Below, one piece after another: positions 51,604 through 61,482 of a stretch of DNA of 64,000 bases. Source of the DNA: an uncultured Nitrososphaerota archaeon. Lineage in GTDB: Archaea; Thermoproteota; Nitrososphaeria; Nitrososphaerales; Gagatemarchaeaceae. The notes under the pieces are model-generated. The model made no database searches. It worked only from the letters and a program-made list of their open reading frames with translations, and was not told the origin of the DNA. The translations under genes were made by a program, and so were the position numbers. The stretch is taken from the NCBI GenBank assembly GCA_963718895.1, contig CAVRAG010000003.1, forward strand, positions 1-64,000. Direction: 5' to 3'. How positions within the stretch are numbered: the stretch's first letter is position 1; each line of letters opens with the position of its first letter.

Positions 51604-51769
51604 AGTCTCCCAGGGTACACGGATTCCTCACCGCCCCGCAGGGTTGGCGGCGAGACCTCTCACCACTAGCCATGGTGCCGCGCTCTTCAATGCCGAGGGG
51701 AAATGCGGCGCGAGTAGTCGCTCGCAGAAGATGCGGTAGCCTTAACTTGATCATGATTGACGAATCTGC

Positions 51770-52117
51770 ATGGAAACCTGCAGCAGTTGCGGCGCCAATC
51801 TTGCCGAGAACGCGAAGTACTGCAATGAATGCGGAGCCTCCGTCCTGAAGAACACGACGACACAGGAGTTCACAGTCTCGGCGGACGAAGTTACGAAGAA
51901 GCTGAAAGAACTGCTGCACGAGGGGAACGTCTCAAAGATAATCGTGAAGGACGAGACTGGGAAAGCCCTCCTGGAGATACCCGTCACAGCCGGCCTCGTC
52001 GGTGTCCTCATAGCGCCATGGCTGGCAGCGGCTGGGGTCATCGCTGCGTTCGCGACCAAGTGCACCATCGTGGTCGTGAGGAACAAGGGAGTGGCGCAGC
52101 CAGCAACCAAAGTATGA
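51770..52117 (+). CDS. Zinc ribbon plus DUF4342 protein
   Basis: CSSCG...YCNECG, KLKELLHEGNV.KI, LLEIPVTAG. Confidence 0.85.
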   Translation: METCSSCGANLAENAKYCNECGASVLKNTTTQEFTVSADEVTKKLKELLHEGNVSKIIVKDETGKALLEIPVTAGLVGVLIAPWLAAAGVIAAFATKCTIVVVRNKGVAQPATKV

Positions 52118-52202
52118 CCCTTGAACGGTCGGCACGGCGGCAAGCTTCGAGAGGATGCTCTCCCTGACTTGATTTTGAATCGTCACCGCGTCGTTGATTG
52201 AG

Positions 52203-52946
52203 CTAGACTGGCGAGGCGCCTATGAAGTGTCCTATCAGGAAGCCAGCCAGCCCGGCCGCAAGGCCGATCGCGGTCATCTGGAGCCCGCTCTTCCAGATTG
52301 ACCCGACCGTCGTCCTGGCCTCGTAGTACCCGATGACGAAGAGCACCACCCCGCTGACGGTCACCGATCCGACCGCGCCTAGCAGGACGTCCTTGCCCAC
52401 CAGGAAGTAGGGTATCAGGGGGATTATCGAGCCAAAGATGGTGGAGCTCAGCACGACCACGAAGCTCCTCCTCGGTTCAGACTTGTCTACCGGCGCAAGG
52501 TTGAGCTCGTGGGACATCATGAAGTCGAGCCACGCCCTCGGCCTGGAGGCTATCAGGTCGGTCATGCGCTCGAGTTCCTCCCCTTTGTACCCCCATTTCT
52601 GGAAGACTTCTCTCACCTCCTTCTTCTCCATCTGTGGCACCTCCTTCATCTCGGCCTTTTCGCGGGCGACCTCTTTCAGGTACTGCTTCCTCCTCGCGAG
52701 GGTGGACGTGTAGGCCACGGCCCCCATGGAGATCGATTCCGCGCCGAGGGCTGCGAAGGCTGCGACGAAGATCAGTCGGAGATCGCTGGTCGCCGCGGAG
52801 AGCCCGAGCAGGATTCCGAGGACGTTCACAAGCCCGTCCTGGCTTCCTAGGATGAAGTTCGAGAGGAAACCGGAGCGCGCGTGTAGTTCCGCAGATTGCT
52901 TCGACTTCAAGACAGGTGGCTCCAAATGCCGTTCGGGTCGATGCAA
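52203..52946 (-). CDS. VIT1/CCC1 family Fe/Mn transporter
   Basis: LGSQDGLV, AESISMGA.AY, MMSHEL, GSIIPLIPY. Confidence 0.92.
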   Translation of the reverse strand: MHRPERHLEPPVLKSKQSAELHARSGFLSNFILGSQDGLVNVLGILLGLSAATSDLRLIFVAAFAALGAESISMGAVAYTSTLARRKQYLKEVAREKAEMKEVPQMEKKEVREVFQKWGYKGEELERMTDLIASRPRAWLDFMMSHELNLAPVDKSEPRRSFVVVLSSTIFGSIIPLIPYFLVGKDVLLGAVGSVTVSGVVLFVIGYYEARTTVGSIWKSGLQMTAIGLAAGLAGFLIGHFIGASPV

Positions 52947-53250
52947 GAGTGAGAACCCAGTCGGACCCTCAAGACAGGTTTCACGCTACCCCTTCCTTTC
53001 ACGCTCCCGTCCCGGAGTTATAACGGTAACCGTCCGGCCTGGCGGGCAGAAGCGAACGGGGACCAGAGGAGTATGCGCTTCCGACTGATGACGTTCCGAT
53101 GGCCTTCGTCAAGACACACTTTCGTTGCGTGGGTTCGAGTCATCTAGTGGGGACATGACGTCGGAATCGGGCCGACCGATCGATGCTCCAACTGAGGCGC
53201 GACAATCCGTGACAGTATGGGTTCGTGTCGGGTAGACCCTCGCGGGCCCT

Positions 53251-54813
53251 TCACCTTTGTGCGAGTTGTATGAGCTCTGATGCTCTCTCCCCTTCGTTCG
53301 CCGAGAGAGCCGCCATCCCTCCTCTCAGGCTCACGACCCTCACTCCCCGCTCAAAGAGGAGCTCGGCAATCCTTAGGGAGGTGCCGCCGTTCATGCAAAC
53401 GAGCAACAACTTCCTCCCATCATGGGGGAGGATCCTTCCTAGTCCTTCGGTGATCTCTCGACGCAGGTATAGCGACTCCACATCTCCCGCCTCCGCGACG
53501 CGGATTTCGCTCTTGTCGCGCTTCAGCGAGGACGCCAGAAGTTCGATCCCGCATTCCGAAGGAAGGAAGACGGGGTGCGTCCAGACAACCCCTCCGAACT
53601 CTGCCCGGTGCGAGCTCGCTTCCTGAGCGGTCACCTCGAGGCTCTCTTCGGGCTCCCGCCTTACCTTGCTCTCGGTGTACTTCTGGATTCCGTCGGCCAG
53701 AATCACGACGAACCGCTCGCCGGCGCCGTAGTTGATCATCTGAAGGGTCGCGTAGATGGCCAAGGCGCTGCTCTCTCCGATGTCGTACCCCTTCCTCACG
53801 AAGAACGCCATGGCCCGCTTGGCCGCCGCGAAGTCCACTTCGTGCTCGCCTGCGTACAAGTTGGGCTCGTAGAACCTCAGACCGAGCGCCTTTTCCCTGG
53901 TCCGTATTCCTGCGACGTCTTGGTCCCTCGCAGGGAAGGCTACGTGTACCGCCTTCCTCCCGAACTTCGCCTGAACATATCTGCTGAGACCGGTTGACGT
54001 GCCCCCCGTGCCGAAGGCGCAGACGAGCTTGAATTCCGAGAGTGAACCCCCGCGCTCCTCGAGTTGCTGCTCTATCTCCGGGCCGGTCAGGGTCTCGTGC
54101 GCCCTCACGTTCAATTCGTTGTCGTACTGCTCAGGACAGAACCCGCCGTAGGCCCTCGCCAGGAGCTTCGCCAGACCTATCGCATCCCCTCTCGCGAGGA
54201 GGCGCTCCATTTCTTCGGGCGAGTCTTCGAAGAAGGATGTGTCGAAACCATAGCGTGAGAGCTGGCTCCTGACACTGGAGGCCACCGCCCTCGCGGCGAG
54301 CGCGCCAGGGTCCACCTTCGTCCCGGGCGCAGGGCATATCTCGATGTCAAGGTTGAGAGTCTTCACTCCGGACCTGTCGAGCTCCCTGAGGACCCCGTCC
54401 TGGAGCTTCCTGGAGACAAGGGCGACGACGTCGATGTCGAGCCTCCTCATCAATCCTAGCGCTATACCGAAGTTTCCGGAGGTCGCTTCGAAGACCGTCG
54501 TCTTCCCCCTGATTCTGCCTGAGAGGATCGCGTCTTGGACCATCTGGATGGCGGGTCTGACCTTGACCGAACCCCCCACCATCTCCGACTCGAGCTTTCC
54601 GTATACCCTGAGTTCCCTCCCGGAGAGATCCAGGCCATACTCGGACCTGCCGCACTCGATGAGATCAGCGGTGATATCGACCAATGGGGTGGCGTTGACT
54701 ACGGTCGCCCCATCGACGTCGAGATGGGGGACCCTGCTCTTGATCTCCCTGACGAACCGCTCGAGCAGAACCGAATCCGCGACCGACTCTTGACTCGCAC
54801 CTGCTGGAGTCAA
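53251..54813 (-). CDS. PLP-dependent cysteine synthase-family enzyme fused to a C-terminal rhodanese domain
   Basis: GGSVKVR (PLP Lys), EATSGNFG, QYDNELN..AH, GTGGT; C-terminal LLVCMNGGTS...SLRGG. Confidence 0.85.
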   Translation of the reverse strand: MTPAGASQESVADSVLLERFVREIKSRVPHLDVDGATVVNATPLVDITADLIECGRSEYGLDLSGRELRVYGKLESEMVGGSVKVRPAIQMVQDAILSGRIRGKTTVFEATSGNFGIALGLMRRLDIDVVALVSRKLQDGVLRELDRSGVKTLNLDIEICPAPGTKVDPGALAARAVASSVRSQLSRYGFDTSFFEDSPEEMERLLARGDAIGLAKLLARAYGGFCPEQYDNELNVRAHETLTGPEIEQQLEERGGSLSEFKLVCAFGTGGTSTGLSRYVQAKFGRKAVHVAFPARDQDVAGIRTREKALGLRFYEPNLYAGEHEVDFAAAKRAMAFFVRKGYDIGESSALAIYATLQMINYGAGERFVVILADGIQKYTESKVRREPEESLEVTAQEASSHRAEFGGVVWTHPVFLPSECGIELLASSLKRDKSEIRVAEAGDVESLYLRREITEGLGRILPHDGRKLLLVCMNGGTSLRIAELLFERGVRVVSLRGGMAALSANEGERASELIQLAQR

Positions 54814-54859
54814 CGACGCTCCCCTCCTTCGAGCCCTGACATGGGACCACTGTGCGACC

Positions 54860-55372
54860 CTAGACGAAAATCGTGGCAGTGCCGGCGGAAGTGGCCCAGT
54901 CGAGAAACGTGGAAGCCCCGACGATGTCGTCGGTCAGAGGTATCAGGTCCTTCTCTTGGATGCCCATCAGGCCCATCGTCGGCGAGCACGCGTGGAATCG
55001 GACTCCGAGGTCCTTCGCCTGTTGCATCATCTCAGGGATAGTCGGCCAGTACTTCTTGATCTGGCCCTTCATCATCTTCGTGGCCATCGCCGTCATGCCC
55101 GGGAGGACCCCGAGGATGTTCGGCATCGGGAGCGCCGGATTGCCAACGGAAGCAAGCTTCGTCTTTGTGTGGCTCCTCCTGTCAAGGAGTTTCAGCCCCC
55201 AGAACGTGAAGTACATCTCCACCTCCATCCCCGAGGCCGCGGCTGTTGTGGCCAGAATCAGCGGGGGATAGACCTGATCTATGGTGTTCTTGGTGACGAC
55301 CAAGACCAGTCGGTTCGCCCTCTTTCCTGCTTCCGCTTCCTTCGCTTGAGAGACCAGCGCCATTCCGGTCAC
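54860..55372 (-). CDS. DsrE2-like sulfur carrier (DsrE/DsrF/DrsH family)
   Basis: LATTAAASG, YFTFWGL, ACSPTM, GASTFL. Confidence 0.88.
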   Translation of the reverse strand: MTGMALVSQAKEAEAGKRANRLVLVVTKNTIDQVYPPLILATTAAASGMEVEMYFTFWGLKLLDRRSHTKTKLASVGNPALPMPNILGVLPGMTAMATKMMKGQIKKYWPTIPEMMQQAKDLGVRFHACSPTMGLMGIQEKDLIPLTDDIVGASTFLDWATSAGTATIFV

Positions 55373-55620
55373 TTCGTCCTCCTTATCTGGAACCTGTAGA
55401 CCTTGGGGTCACTTGGCTCTTCGGTCACGCCGACGAGTTCGTTGCCCGTCATCCTCGCCCAGGCGGTGAGGTCTGGCTTGGATCCGGGGTCGGTTGCAAG
55501 AACCTCAATCACCTCCCCGACTCTGACCTGTTTTATTGCCTGGCTGGTCCTCAACACCGGAAGGGGACACAGGGTTCCCTTCGTGTCCAGCACAAGACCG
55601 CTCTCTTGAGACGTTACCAT
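55369..55620 (-). CDS. tusA: Sulfurtransferase TusA
   Basis: LDTKGTLCPLPV, GEVIEVLATDPGS..D..AW. Confidence 0.93.
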   Translation of the reverse strand: MVTSQESGLVLDTKGTLCPLPVLRTSQAIKQVRVGEVIEVLATDPGSKPDLTAWARMTGNELVGVTEEPSDPKVYRFQIRRTK

Positions 55621-55708
55621 GACTGGTTTCCAGGCGACGAAGACGGTACATAAGGCGTACCTTTCACGCAAAATACTTAATGATAGGCGCAGGAGCTACG
55701 CCTACCTG

Positions 55709-56692
55709 ATGCAACTCAGCGGGAGGCTGGTGGACGAGATTCTCGAGGTTGCGCGCGAGGGGAAACCACGGGAGAACGGCATAACGATGGCGTCGGATCA
55801 GCTCGGTTCGATTGACCGTGGGCTTCTGGAGCAGTCCGCCGACTACATCGATTTCGTCAAGGTAGGCCTGAGCCTGCCACTCATGGTCGAACGGTCATGG
55901 TTGCTGGAGAGGGTACACCACTTCCATGATCTTGGAATCAAGGTCATGAGCGGAGGAACCCTGATCGAGGTCGCGGTCCAGAAGGGCGTCGTCCCCCAGG
56001 TGCTCGGCGGCCTCGCCGAGCTCGAGTTTGATGCGGTGGAAGTCAGCGAGCTTGCGGGAGGGCTCCCGTTCGAGACGAAGCAGATGATCGCCAGCAAGGC
56101 AGCGGAGCTCTCGATGGAATGGGTCTACGAAGCGGGCAAGAGGGACAGGTCCTTGATGTCCGCCGGCGACACCGTCTCGAAGGTCCGGGAGGCATTAGAG
56201 CTGAAGAGCCGCAGGGTCATTGTCAAGGTGCCGAAGGCGGGAACAAGCGTCGGAGGAGGCGACGCTCAACGGGAGGGGACCTGGGATGTGTTGAACGAGG
56301 TCGCGGGCACATTTGGTCCCCCGAACCTCATCTTCGAGACTGGCGACATGCAGCAGCTCTCGGCCCTCGTCCTGGAATTCGGGCCGGCAGTGAATCTCGC
56401 AGGCGTGCCCATGAACGAGGCCCTCATCCTCGAGATGCAAAGGCTCGGTCTGACGGTCGAGACCCTTGGGTTGTCTCGACCCCTCCAGAGTTTCGATGGA
56501 TCTCCGGCGGCCAAGTTCATCTATCACCTCATAAGGACGGAACACCCAATCGACCAACCTACCCTCTGTCTGAGGTCGGGGCTGCCGAGGAGGACCGTGC
56601 AGGCTGCCCTAGCTACCTTGGTAGAGGGCGGCCTTGTTCGCGAAGTCTCTGACTCATCCGACCTGCGCAGACGCCGGTACACGATGGGATGA
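55709..56692 (+). CDS. ComA (phosphosulfolactate synthase)-like barrel fused to a C-terminal winged HTH
   Basis: KPRENGIT, IDFVKVG, GGTLIE, EAGK, VNL, LE.QRLGL; tail PAAKFIY.LI...SGLPRRTVQAALATL.E.GLV...DLRRRRY. Confidence 0.8.
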   Translation: MQLSGRLVDEILEVAREGKPRENGITMASDQLGSIDRGLLEQSADYIDFVKVGLSLPLMVERSWLLERVHHFHDLGIKVMSGGTLIEVAVQKGVVPQVLGGLAELEFDAVEVSELAGGLPFETKQMIASKAAELSMEWVYEAGKRDRSLMSAGDTVSKVREALELKSRRVIVKVPKAGTSVGGGDAQREGTWDVLNEVAGTFGPPNLIFETGDMQQLSALVLEFGPAVNLAGVPMNEALILEMQRLGLTVETLGLSRPLQSFDGSPAAKFIYHLIRTEHPIDQPTLCLRSGLPRRTVQAALATLVEGGLVREVSDSSDLRRRRYTMG

Positions 56693-57000
56693 AACGAAAG
56701 GTTCGCCACGACGGAGCATGATGTGCCCTGTCCGTTCGCTTCTTGGGGTCTCGCGGACGAGTTGGCTAGGTTGATGGTGGGACCGGTGAGACGTGGCGCG
56801 TTCTTGGTCCTGGTATCGGATTCGTTGCTGCATGACTCTGGTCATCGAATGGAGGAAGTCGGTGAGATTCGACCAGCACACTTTCGTTTGGTGGATTTGA
56901 ATGATTCATAACGAATGGGCCTAGAGTACTCAAGGCGTCCAGATTCGTCCAAATGGCACCGACAATCGCTCCTGCCTCTTGCGGCTGACGTGTTCATACC

Positions 57001-57594
57001 TCACTCTTCAGGCCGGCCCATCTTTTCGACCACTCTCCGGCGGAAGCAGTCTGCCGCGTGATCATTGACGATGCCGGTCGCCTGCATCCACGCATAGACG
57101 ATTACAGGGCCTACGAATTTGAAACCTCGCTTCTTCAGTACTTTGGATAGCTCCTCTGAGAGCGGAGTCATGGTAGGCACGGGGCTGGTGTTCTGAATCG
57201 GCCTTCCACCGGCGATGTCCCAGATGAAGGTCGAGAAATCCACTCCTGCGGCCTGCATATCTAGATAGATACGAGCGCCAGCGATCGTCGCCTCGATCTT
57301 GGCCCGAGATCGGATGATCCCAGGGTCTTCAAGGAGTCGCGCCACGTCCGCTTTGCTAAACCGCGCAACCAGTTCTGGATCGAAGTTCTCGAACGCCTTG
57401 CGAAACGCTTCGCGCTTGCGAAGAATGATGGTCCAGGAAAGACCTGCCTGGAAGCCCTCGAGCATAAGTGTCTCCCAGAGCTTTCGGCCGTCGTGCTCCG
57501 GCACCCCCCACTCCTCGTCGTGGTAGGTACGGAGGAGCGTGCCGCTCTCCGCCCATGAACAACGATGCTCCAAGTGTGGTTGACGGGTGTTCAA
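57001..57594 (-). CDS. tag: DNA-3-methyladenine glycosylase I
   Basis: RC.W, YHDEEWG, LEGFQAGLSW.IL.KR, GFKFVGP, VNDH...C. Confidence 0.95.
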   Translation of the reverse strand: MNTRQPHLEHRCSWAESGTLLRTYHDEEWGVPEHDGRKLWETLMLEGFQAGLSWTIILRKREAFRKAFENFDPELVARFSKADVARLLEDPGIIRSRAKIEATIAGARIYLDMQAAGVDFSTFIWDIAGGRPIQNTSPVPTMTPLSEELSKVLKKRGFKFVGPVIVYAWMQATGIVNDHAADCFRRRVVEKMGRPEE

Positions 57595-57633
57595 ATGCTC
57601 ACCAGATTCGGAGCACCTCTGCTCAAGGGTAGC

Positions 57634-57944
57634 CTAATGGGTGACAGCGGGCACGGAACTATCCACAATCATTGCGGTGTGGTCGCCTCCCCTGAAACGA
57701 TTCTGACTGGCATCCTGGTATGCGGGACTCGAATAACACGCCTTAGCCCCCGCGAGCGTTGGGAACTCCAGGATACTGATTCCTTCGGTCGTCGGACCCC
57801 CGAGAACCTCAAAGGGGGTTCCGTAGGAGACGGGATTCTTCATACTGTAACCAGCCAAAAAATCTTGGGCCTGGCATCCGCGTAGATCTTGAGCTGCGAC
57901 GGTTCACGGGTGCGAACACGCGTGAAAACGATGTTTACCATCAT
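57634..57944 (-). CDS. DUF1330 family protein, frameshifted or degraded
   Basis: YG..FEVL.G, ILEFPT...AKA.YSSPAYQ.A...R. Confidence 0.7.
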
Positions 57945-58318
57945 CTTGAATGTCTCCCAGTGCAAAGAGAGAATGCACGTTATTTATTTGTTCACGGATC
58001 ACAGGTAGGGGGTATTGGATTCTCATCGTCTCGCTATTCTTGGTTATCACCCCCGTAAAGCAGCATGTGTTTGCATATCGATTGGCACTTCCTGAGTGTC
58101 TGGGACTCGAATTCGAGCGACTGGGTCATAAGTGCAGAAGTTCCAAGGCTTTATTGACGAAGGTGTCGGCATGACGGACCAGACTTCGGCCATGCGTCCG
58201 GATGCTACCGGGACAGGCTCATCAAGCCCAAATGAACCTGGACGACACCCGCGCCGACTTGCTCTGCATCCAGAGGTCCTGCCGGATGGGTATCCCGCGC
58301 CGCCCGTGAGTTATGGAG

Positions 58319-58528
58319 CTACTGCTTGCTCGACATGTAGCCCCAGGCTATTACCCCGACCAGCATGAGCACCGACCCGGCCAGACCAGTCACGAACGCG
58401 CCCGCCATGTCCGAGCTGAGGCCCACCCCCTGAAACGAGTTGATGACCGACGGAGCCACGAGCCAGGCGACGAAGCCCAGGGCGTACCCGATCAGCCAGA
58501 ATCCGAACATTACAGCTTTTCGACCCAA
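58319..58528 (-). CDS. Small two-TM membrane protein
   Basis: 69 aa, two hydrophobic helices. Confidence 0.55.
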   Translation of the reverse strand: MGRKAVMFGFWLIGYALGFVAWLVAPSVINSFQGVGLSSDMAGAFVTGLAGSVLMLVGVIAWGYMSSKQ

Positions 58529-58621
58529 TCTTGGTTACCGATACATGATGGGACAGGAATCGGGTAAATGCAGGGAGAGTTGAATCTCTTAACCTTCAGG
58601 TCGAATTTCTAGCCGAATCCG

Positions 58622-58636
58622 GTACAAATTTTGTAC
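58622..58636. promoter_or_regulatory. 7-1-7 palindrome upstream of a TATA box
   Basis: GTACAAA-T-TTTGTAC just upstream of CTTATATT; degenerate copy GTCCAAAAACTTGGGC at 60691-60706 before the paralogue. Confidence 0.55.
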
Positions 58637-58677
58637 GCGCCAAACCTCTTATATTGTCTGTGACCCCTTCGAGGCAC

Positions 58678-58956
58678 ATGGGAAAATCTAGGTTCGAGGT
58701 GGGCGAGAGGGAGAAGCACTCGCTCACAGTCGATACCGACCGGGTTATGAAGACAATCCGTATCGAAGTGGATGGCCAGAAGGTCATTGACGAATCCCTC
58801 TTCTCGCCTGGTGCGAAGAAGTTCGCGTTCGACGTCGGAAGTCCAGAGGTCCACAAAGTCGAAGTCAACTTCGGGATGACGCGCTGGGCCTTTGGGAGAA
58901 AAATGACCGTGCTCGTGGACGGCAAGCCTGTACAGAGCTCTAGCGCGGGTAAATAG
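58678..58956 (+). CDS. Small beta-rich hypothetical protein (copy 1)
   Basis: FEVGEREKH...IEVDG...FDVGSPEVHKVEV...VLVDGKP. Confidence 0.75.
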   Translation: MGKSRFEVGEREKHSLTVDTDRVMKTIRIEVDGQKVIDESLFSPGAKKFAFDVGSPEVHKVEVNFGMTRWAFGRKMTVLVDGKPVQSSSAGK

Positions 58957-58987
58957 AGCAGGCACTCGCCATCAGTGATGCCGCCGG

Positions 58988-59933
58988 ATGATTGAAACTA
59001 AAGGTCTCACGAAGAGGTTCGGCGGCCTCACAGCCGTTGACAACCTGACTCTCAAGGTCAACGCTGGGGAGGTTTTCGGTTTCTTGGGACCCAACGGGGC
59101 AGGCAAGACGACGACCGTAAGGATGCTCTGCTGCCTCATCTCGAAGACGAGCGGCGAAGCCAGGATCGGCGACTACGACACGGGGAGGAGCGAGGACGCT
59201 CTGAAGATACGGAAACTCATCGGCTTGGTGCCTGACAACGTGGGCCTCTACGAAGACCTGAGCGCATACGACAACTTGGACTTTTACGGCAAGCTGTACG
59301 GCTGCACAGAGGCCCAGAGGAAGGAGAACATCCAGCGATTCCTGACAATGCTGGGTCTGTGGGAGAAGAGGGATGCTATGGCGGGAACCTTCTCCAAAGG
59401 GATGAAGCAGAAGCTCGCCATCGCGCGCGCCCTCATACACGAGCCAGAGCTCCTCTTCATGGACGAACCCACGGCCAACCTGGACCCGGAGTCGTCCAAG
59501 ACAGTCAGGGACTTCATCCTCGAGCTGAAGAAGGAGAAGAGGACCATCTTCCTCAACACGCACAACCTGGACGAGGCCCAGAGGATATGCGACAGGATAG
59601 GGATCCTGAGCACCAGGCTCCTCGCGACTGGCACTCCCCAGGAACTCGAGAAGGCGCTCAGCAGCGGCGGAGGCACCAGGAGGACAGTCGTGCTGCTTCA
59701 GGAGCAAGCGACCGACGCGATTCTGGCGGGAGTGAGACAGCTCCCCGCTGCGGGAAGCGTCACGGCTGAAGGGAACAAGCTGGAGGTCGCATTGAGCGAC
59801 CCTGACAAACAGAACGCCGCCGTGATCGAGTGCAATCGTCAGGGCCGGGGGGCGCATCCAGTCCGTGACGATAGTCAGCGCCTCGCTTGAAGACGTCTAC
59901 CTGAAGCTGGTGAGGGAAGGAGGGGGGAGTTAG
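58988..59933 (+). CDS. ABC transporter ATP-binding protein, frameshift near 59835
   Basis: GPNGAGKTT, FSKGMKQK, MDEPT, NTH; C-terminal SLEDVYLKL in the shifted frame. Confidence 0.93.
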
Positions 59934-59938
59934 GGACC

Positions 59939-60670
59939 GTGAGGCTCTCCCAGTCCTGGATCATAACGGCAAAGGACCTCAAGACTCTCCGCAAGAAGAA
60001 GAGCATCGTCTATCTGGTGGCCTTCATTCCGCTTTTCGTCGCCATTCTCATCCCCACAATCATAGGCTACATCGGCCAGAAGAAGACCCCTGCCGAGCTG
60101 GTGGTCCTGCTACCCGCGTTCCTCTTCTTCTACGTCATTCTGGGCTCGTATCTCTCCACTCCGATAGCATCCTACACCATCGCTGGCGAAAAACTCGAGA
60201 AGAGCCTCGAGCCGCTGCTTGCGACGCCAACGACGGACAGCGAGATTCTACTTGGAAAGGGCATAGCTGCCTTCTTGCCACCACTAGTTGCGGTGCTGGG
60301 AGGATCCGCGCTCTTCATGCTTTTCATGGACCTGACCACCAAGGACAGGCTTGGTTACTACTATTTCCCGGACTCGAATTCAGCCATCGTTGTACTCTTG
60401 CTTCTTCCGCTCGCGTTGTTGATGAGCGTACAGATGAACGTAATCGTGTCCTCGAAGGTGACCGACATCAGGGCTGGACAACAACTCGGAGCGCTGACAA
60501 TCGTTCCATTCATAGGGGTGTACGTCGCCGGCGAGCTGAACTTAATCAACCTCGGAGACACCAGCAACCTACTGATAATCGCGGGAGCCTTGGTCTTGGT
60601 AGACGTGCTGCTCTTCTTCGTCTCGAGAGCGACCTTCCGCAGAGAGGAGATACTGACAAAATGGAAGTAG
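59939..60670 (+). CDS. ABC-2 type permease
   Basis: IAGEK.EKSLEPLLATP, ILLGK, six TM, FRREEIL. Confidence 0.92.
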   Translation: MRLSQSWIITAKDLKTLRKKKSIVYLVAFIPLFVAILIPTIIGYIGQKKTPAELVVLLPAFLFFYVILGSYLSTPIASYTIAGEKLEKSLEPLLATPTTDSEILLGKGIAAFLPPLVAVLGGSALFMLFMDLTTKDRLGYYYFPDSNSAIVVLLLLPLALLMSVQMNVIVSSKVTDIRAGQQLGALTIVPFIGVYVAGELNLINLGDTSNLLIIAGALVLVDVLLFFVSRATFRREEILTKWK

Positions 60671-60748
60671 GCGCCTCAGCCTCGAAGTCGGTCCAAAAAC
60701 TTGGGCGGCGCAGATCTCTTTTATGTTCTGTCACCCTTCGCAAGACGC

Positions 60749-61021
60749 ATGGCCAAATCCAGCTTCGAAGTAGGAGAGAAAGAGAAGCACACGCTTACAG
60801 TAGACCACGACGTGGTAATGAAGAGAACCCGCATAGAGCTGGACGGAGAGAAGCTGGCCGACGAATACCACTACTCGCCCCTTGCGAAGACATGGTCCTT
60901 CGACGTAGGAAGCTCCGAGGTACACAAGGTCGAAGTCAGCCTGGGAAGGTTTTCGTACTTCAAAGGGAGGAAAGTGGAGGTGCTCGTGGACGGGAAGCCA
61001 GCTCGGAGTTCGAGCACCTGA
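60749..61021 (+). CDS. Small beta-rich hypothetical protein (copy 2)
   Basis: Paralogue of 58678-58956 (FEVGEKEKH...FDVGSSEVHKVEV...VLVDGKP). Confidence 0.75.
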   Translation: MAKSSFEVGEKEKHTLTVDHDVVMKRTRIELDGEKLADEYHYSPLAKTWSFDVGSSEVHKVEVSLGRFSYFKGRKVEVLVDGKPARSSST

Positions 61022-61061
61022 AACCGAGGACATGGCGCCACGCAGCAGTGACACCATCGAA

Positions 61062-61250
61062 CTGATTGAAACTGAAGACCTCACCAGGGGGTCCGGCGAC
61101 CTCACAGCAGAGGACAGCTTGACACTTCGCGTAAACTAGGGCGAGGCCTTCGGCTTCCTAGGGCTAACGGGCTGGGAAAACCATCACCGTCTGGATGCAA
61201 GACTGCTTGATTTCCAAGACAAGTGGCACGGCCAGAATCGGCGAGTCTCG
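61062..61250 (+). pseudogene. Decayed duplicate of the 5' end of the ABC ATPase
   Basis: IETEDLTRGSGDLTAEDSLTLRVN*GEAFGFLG...CLISKTSGTARIG aligns to the N-terminus of 58988; stop plus frameshifts. Confidence 0.75.
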
Positions 61251-61482
61251 TGGCTTGCCTGGAGATCGAGAATCCGTCCAGTACGAGTCTTGTACCAACC
61301 AAGTCGCATTTATCGGGTGGTGAAGGCTCTCGCCAGGAGACATTGACGGAATTGGGGGTGGGGCTGGTGAGTCCTGGTCTCAACTTGAGTTCAAATCCCG
61401 GCTTGACTCTAACACCTAAAATAATAAGCCAACTGTGAGCTTGTTCTATCTGAAAGAGGAAGAAATAAGCTCAGAATTTGAA

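Noticed and set aside
53085-53225. GTGGGTTCGAGTC T-loop-like motif and TGATGA/CTGA box C/D-like words
   Set aside because: No complementary T-stem, acceptor stem or BHB could be built, and box spacing does not fit a compact C/D sRNA.
55709-56692. Coenzyme M biosynthesis locus
   Set aside because: No comB-E nearby, and the ComA-like protein appears degenerate and HTH-fused.
1055-59933. Frameshifts in more than a dozen genes read as programmed frameshifting or mass pseudogenisation
   Set aside because: Single indels scattered through otherwise intact core genes with no shared slippery motif and no in-frame stops; best explained by long-read or low-coverage error.
61350-61410. GAGTTCAAATCCCGGC tRNA-like fragment on the + strand
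   Set aside because: No pairing T-stem or acceptor strand; too short to call.
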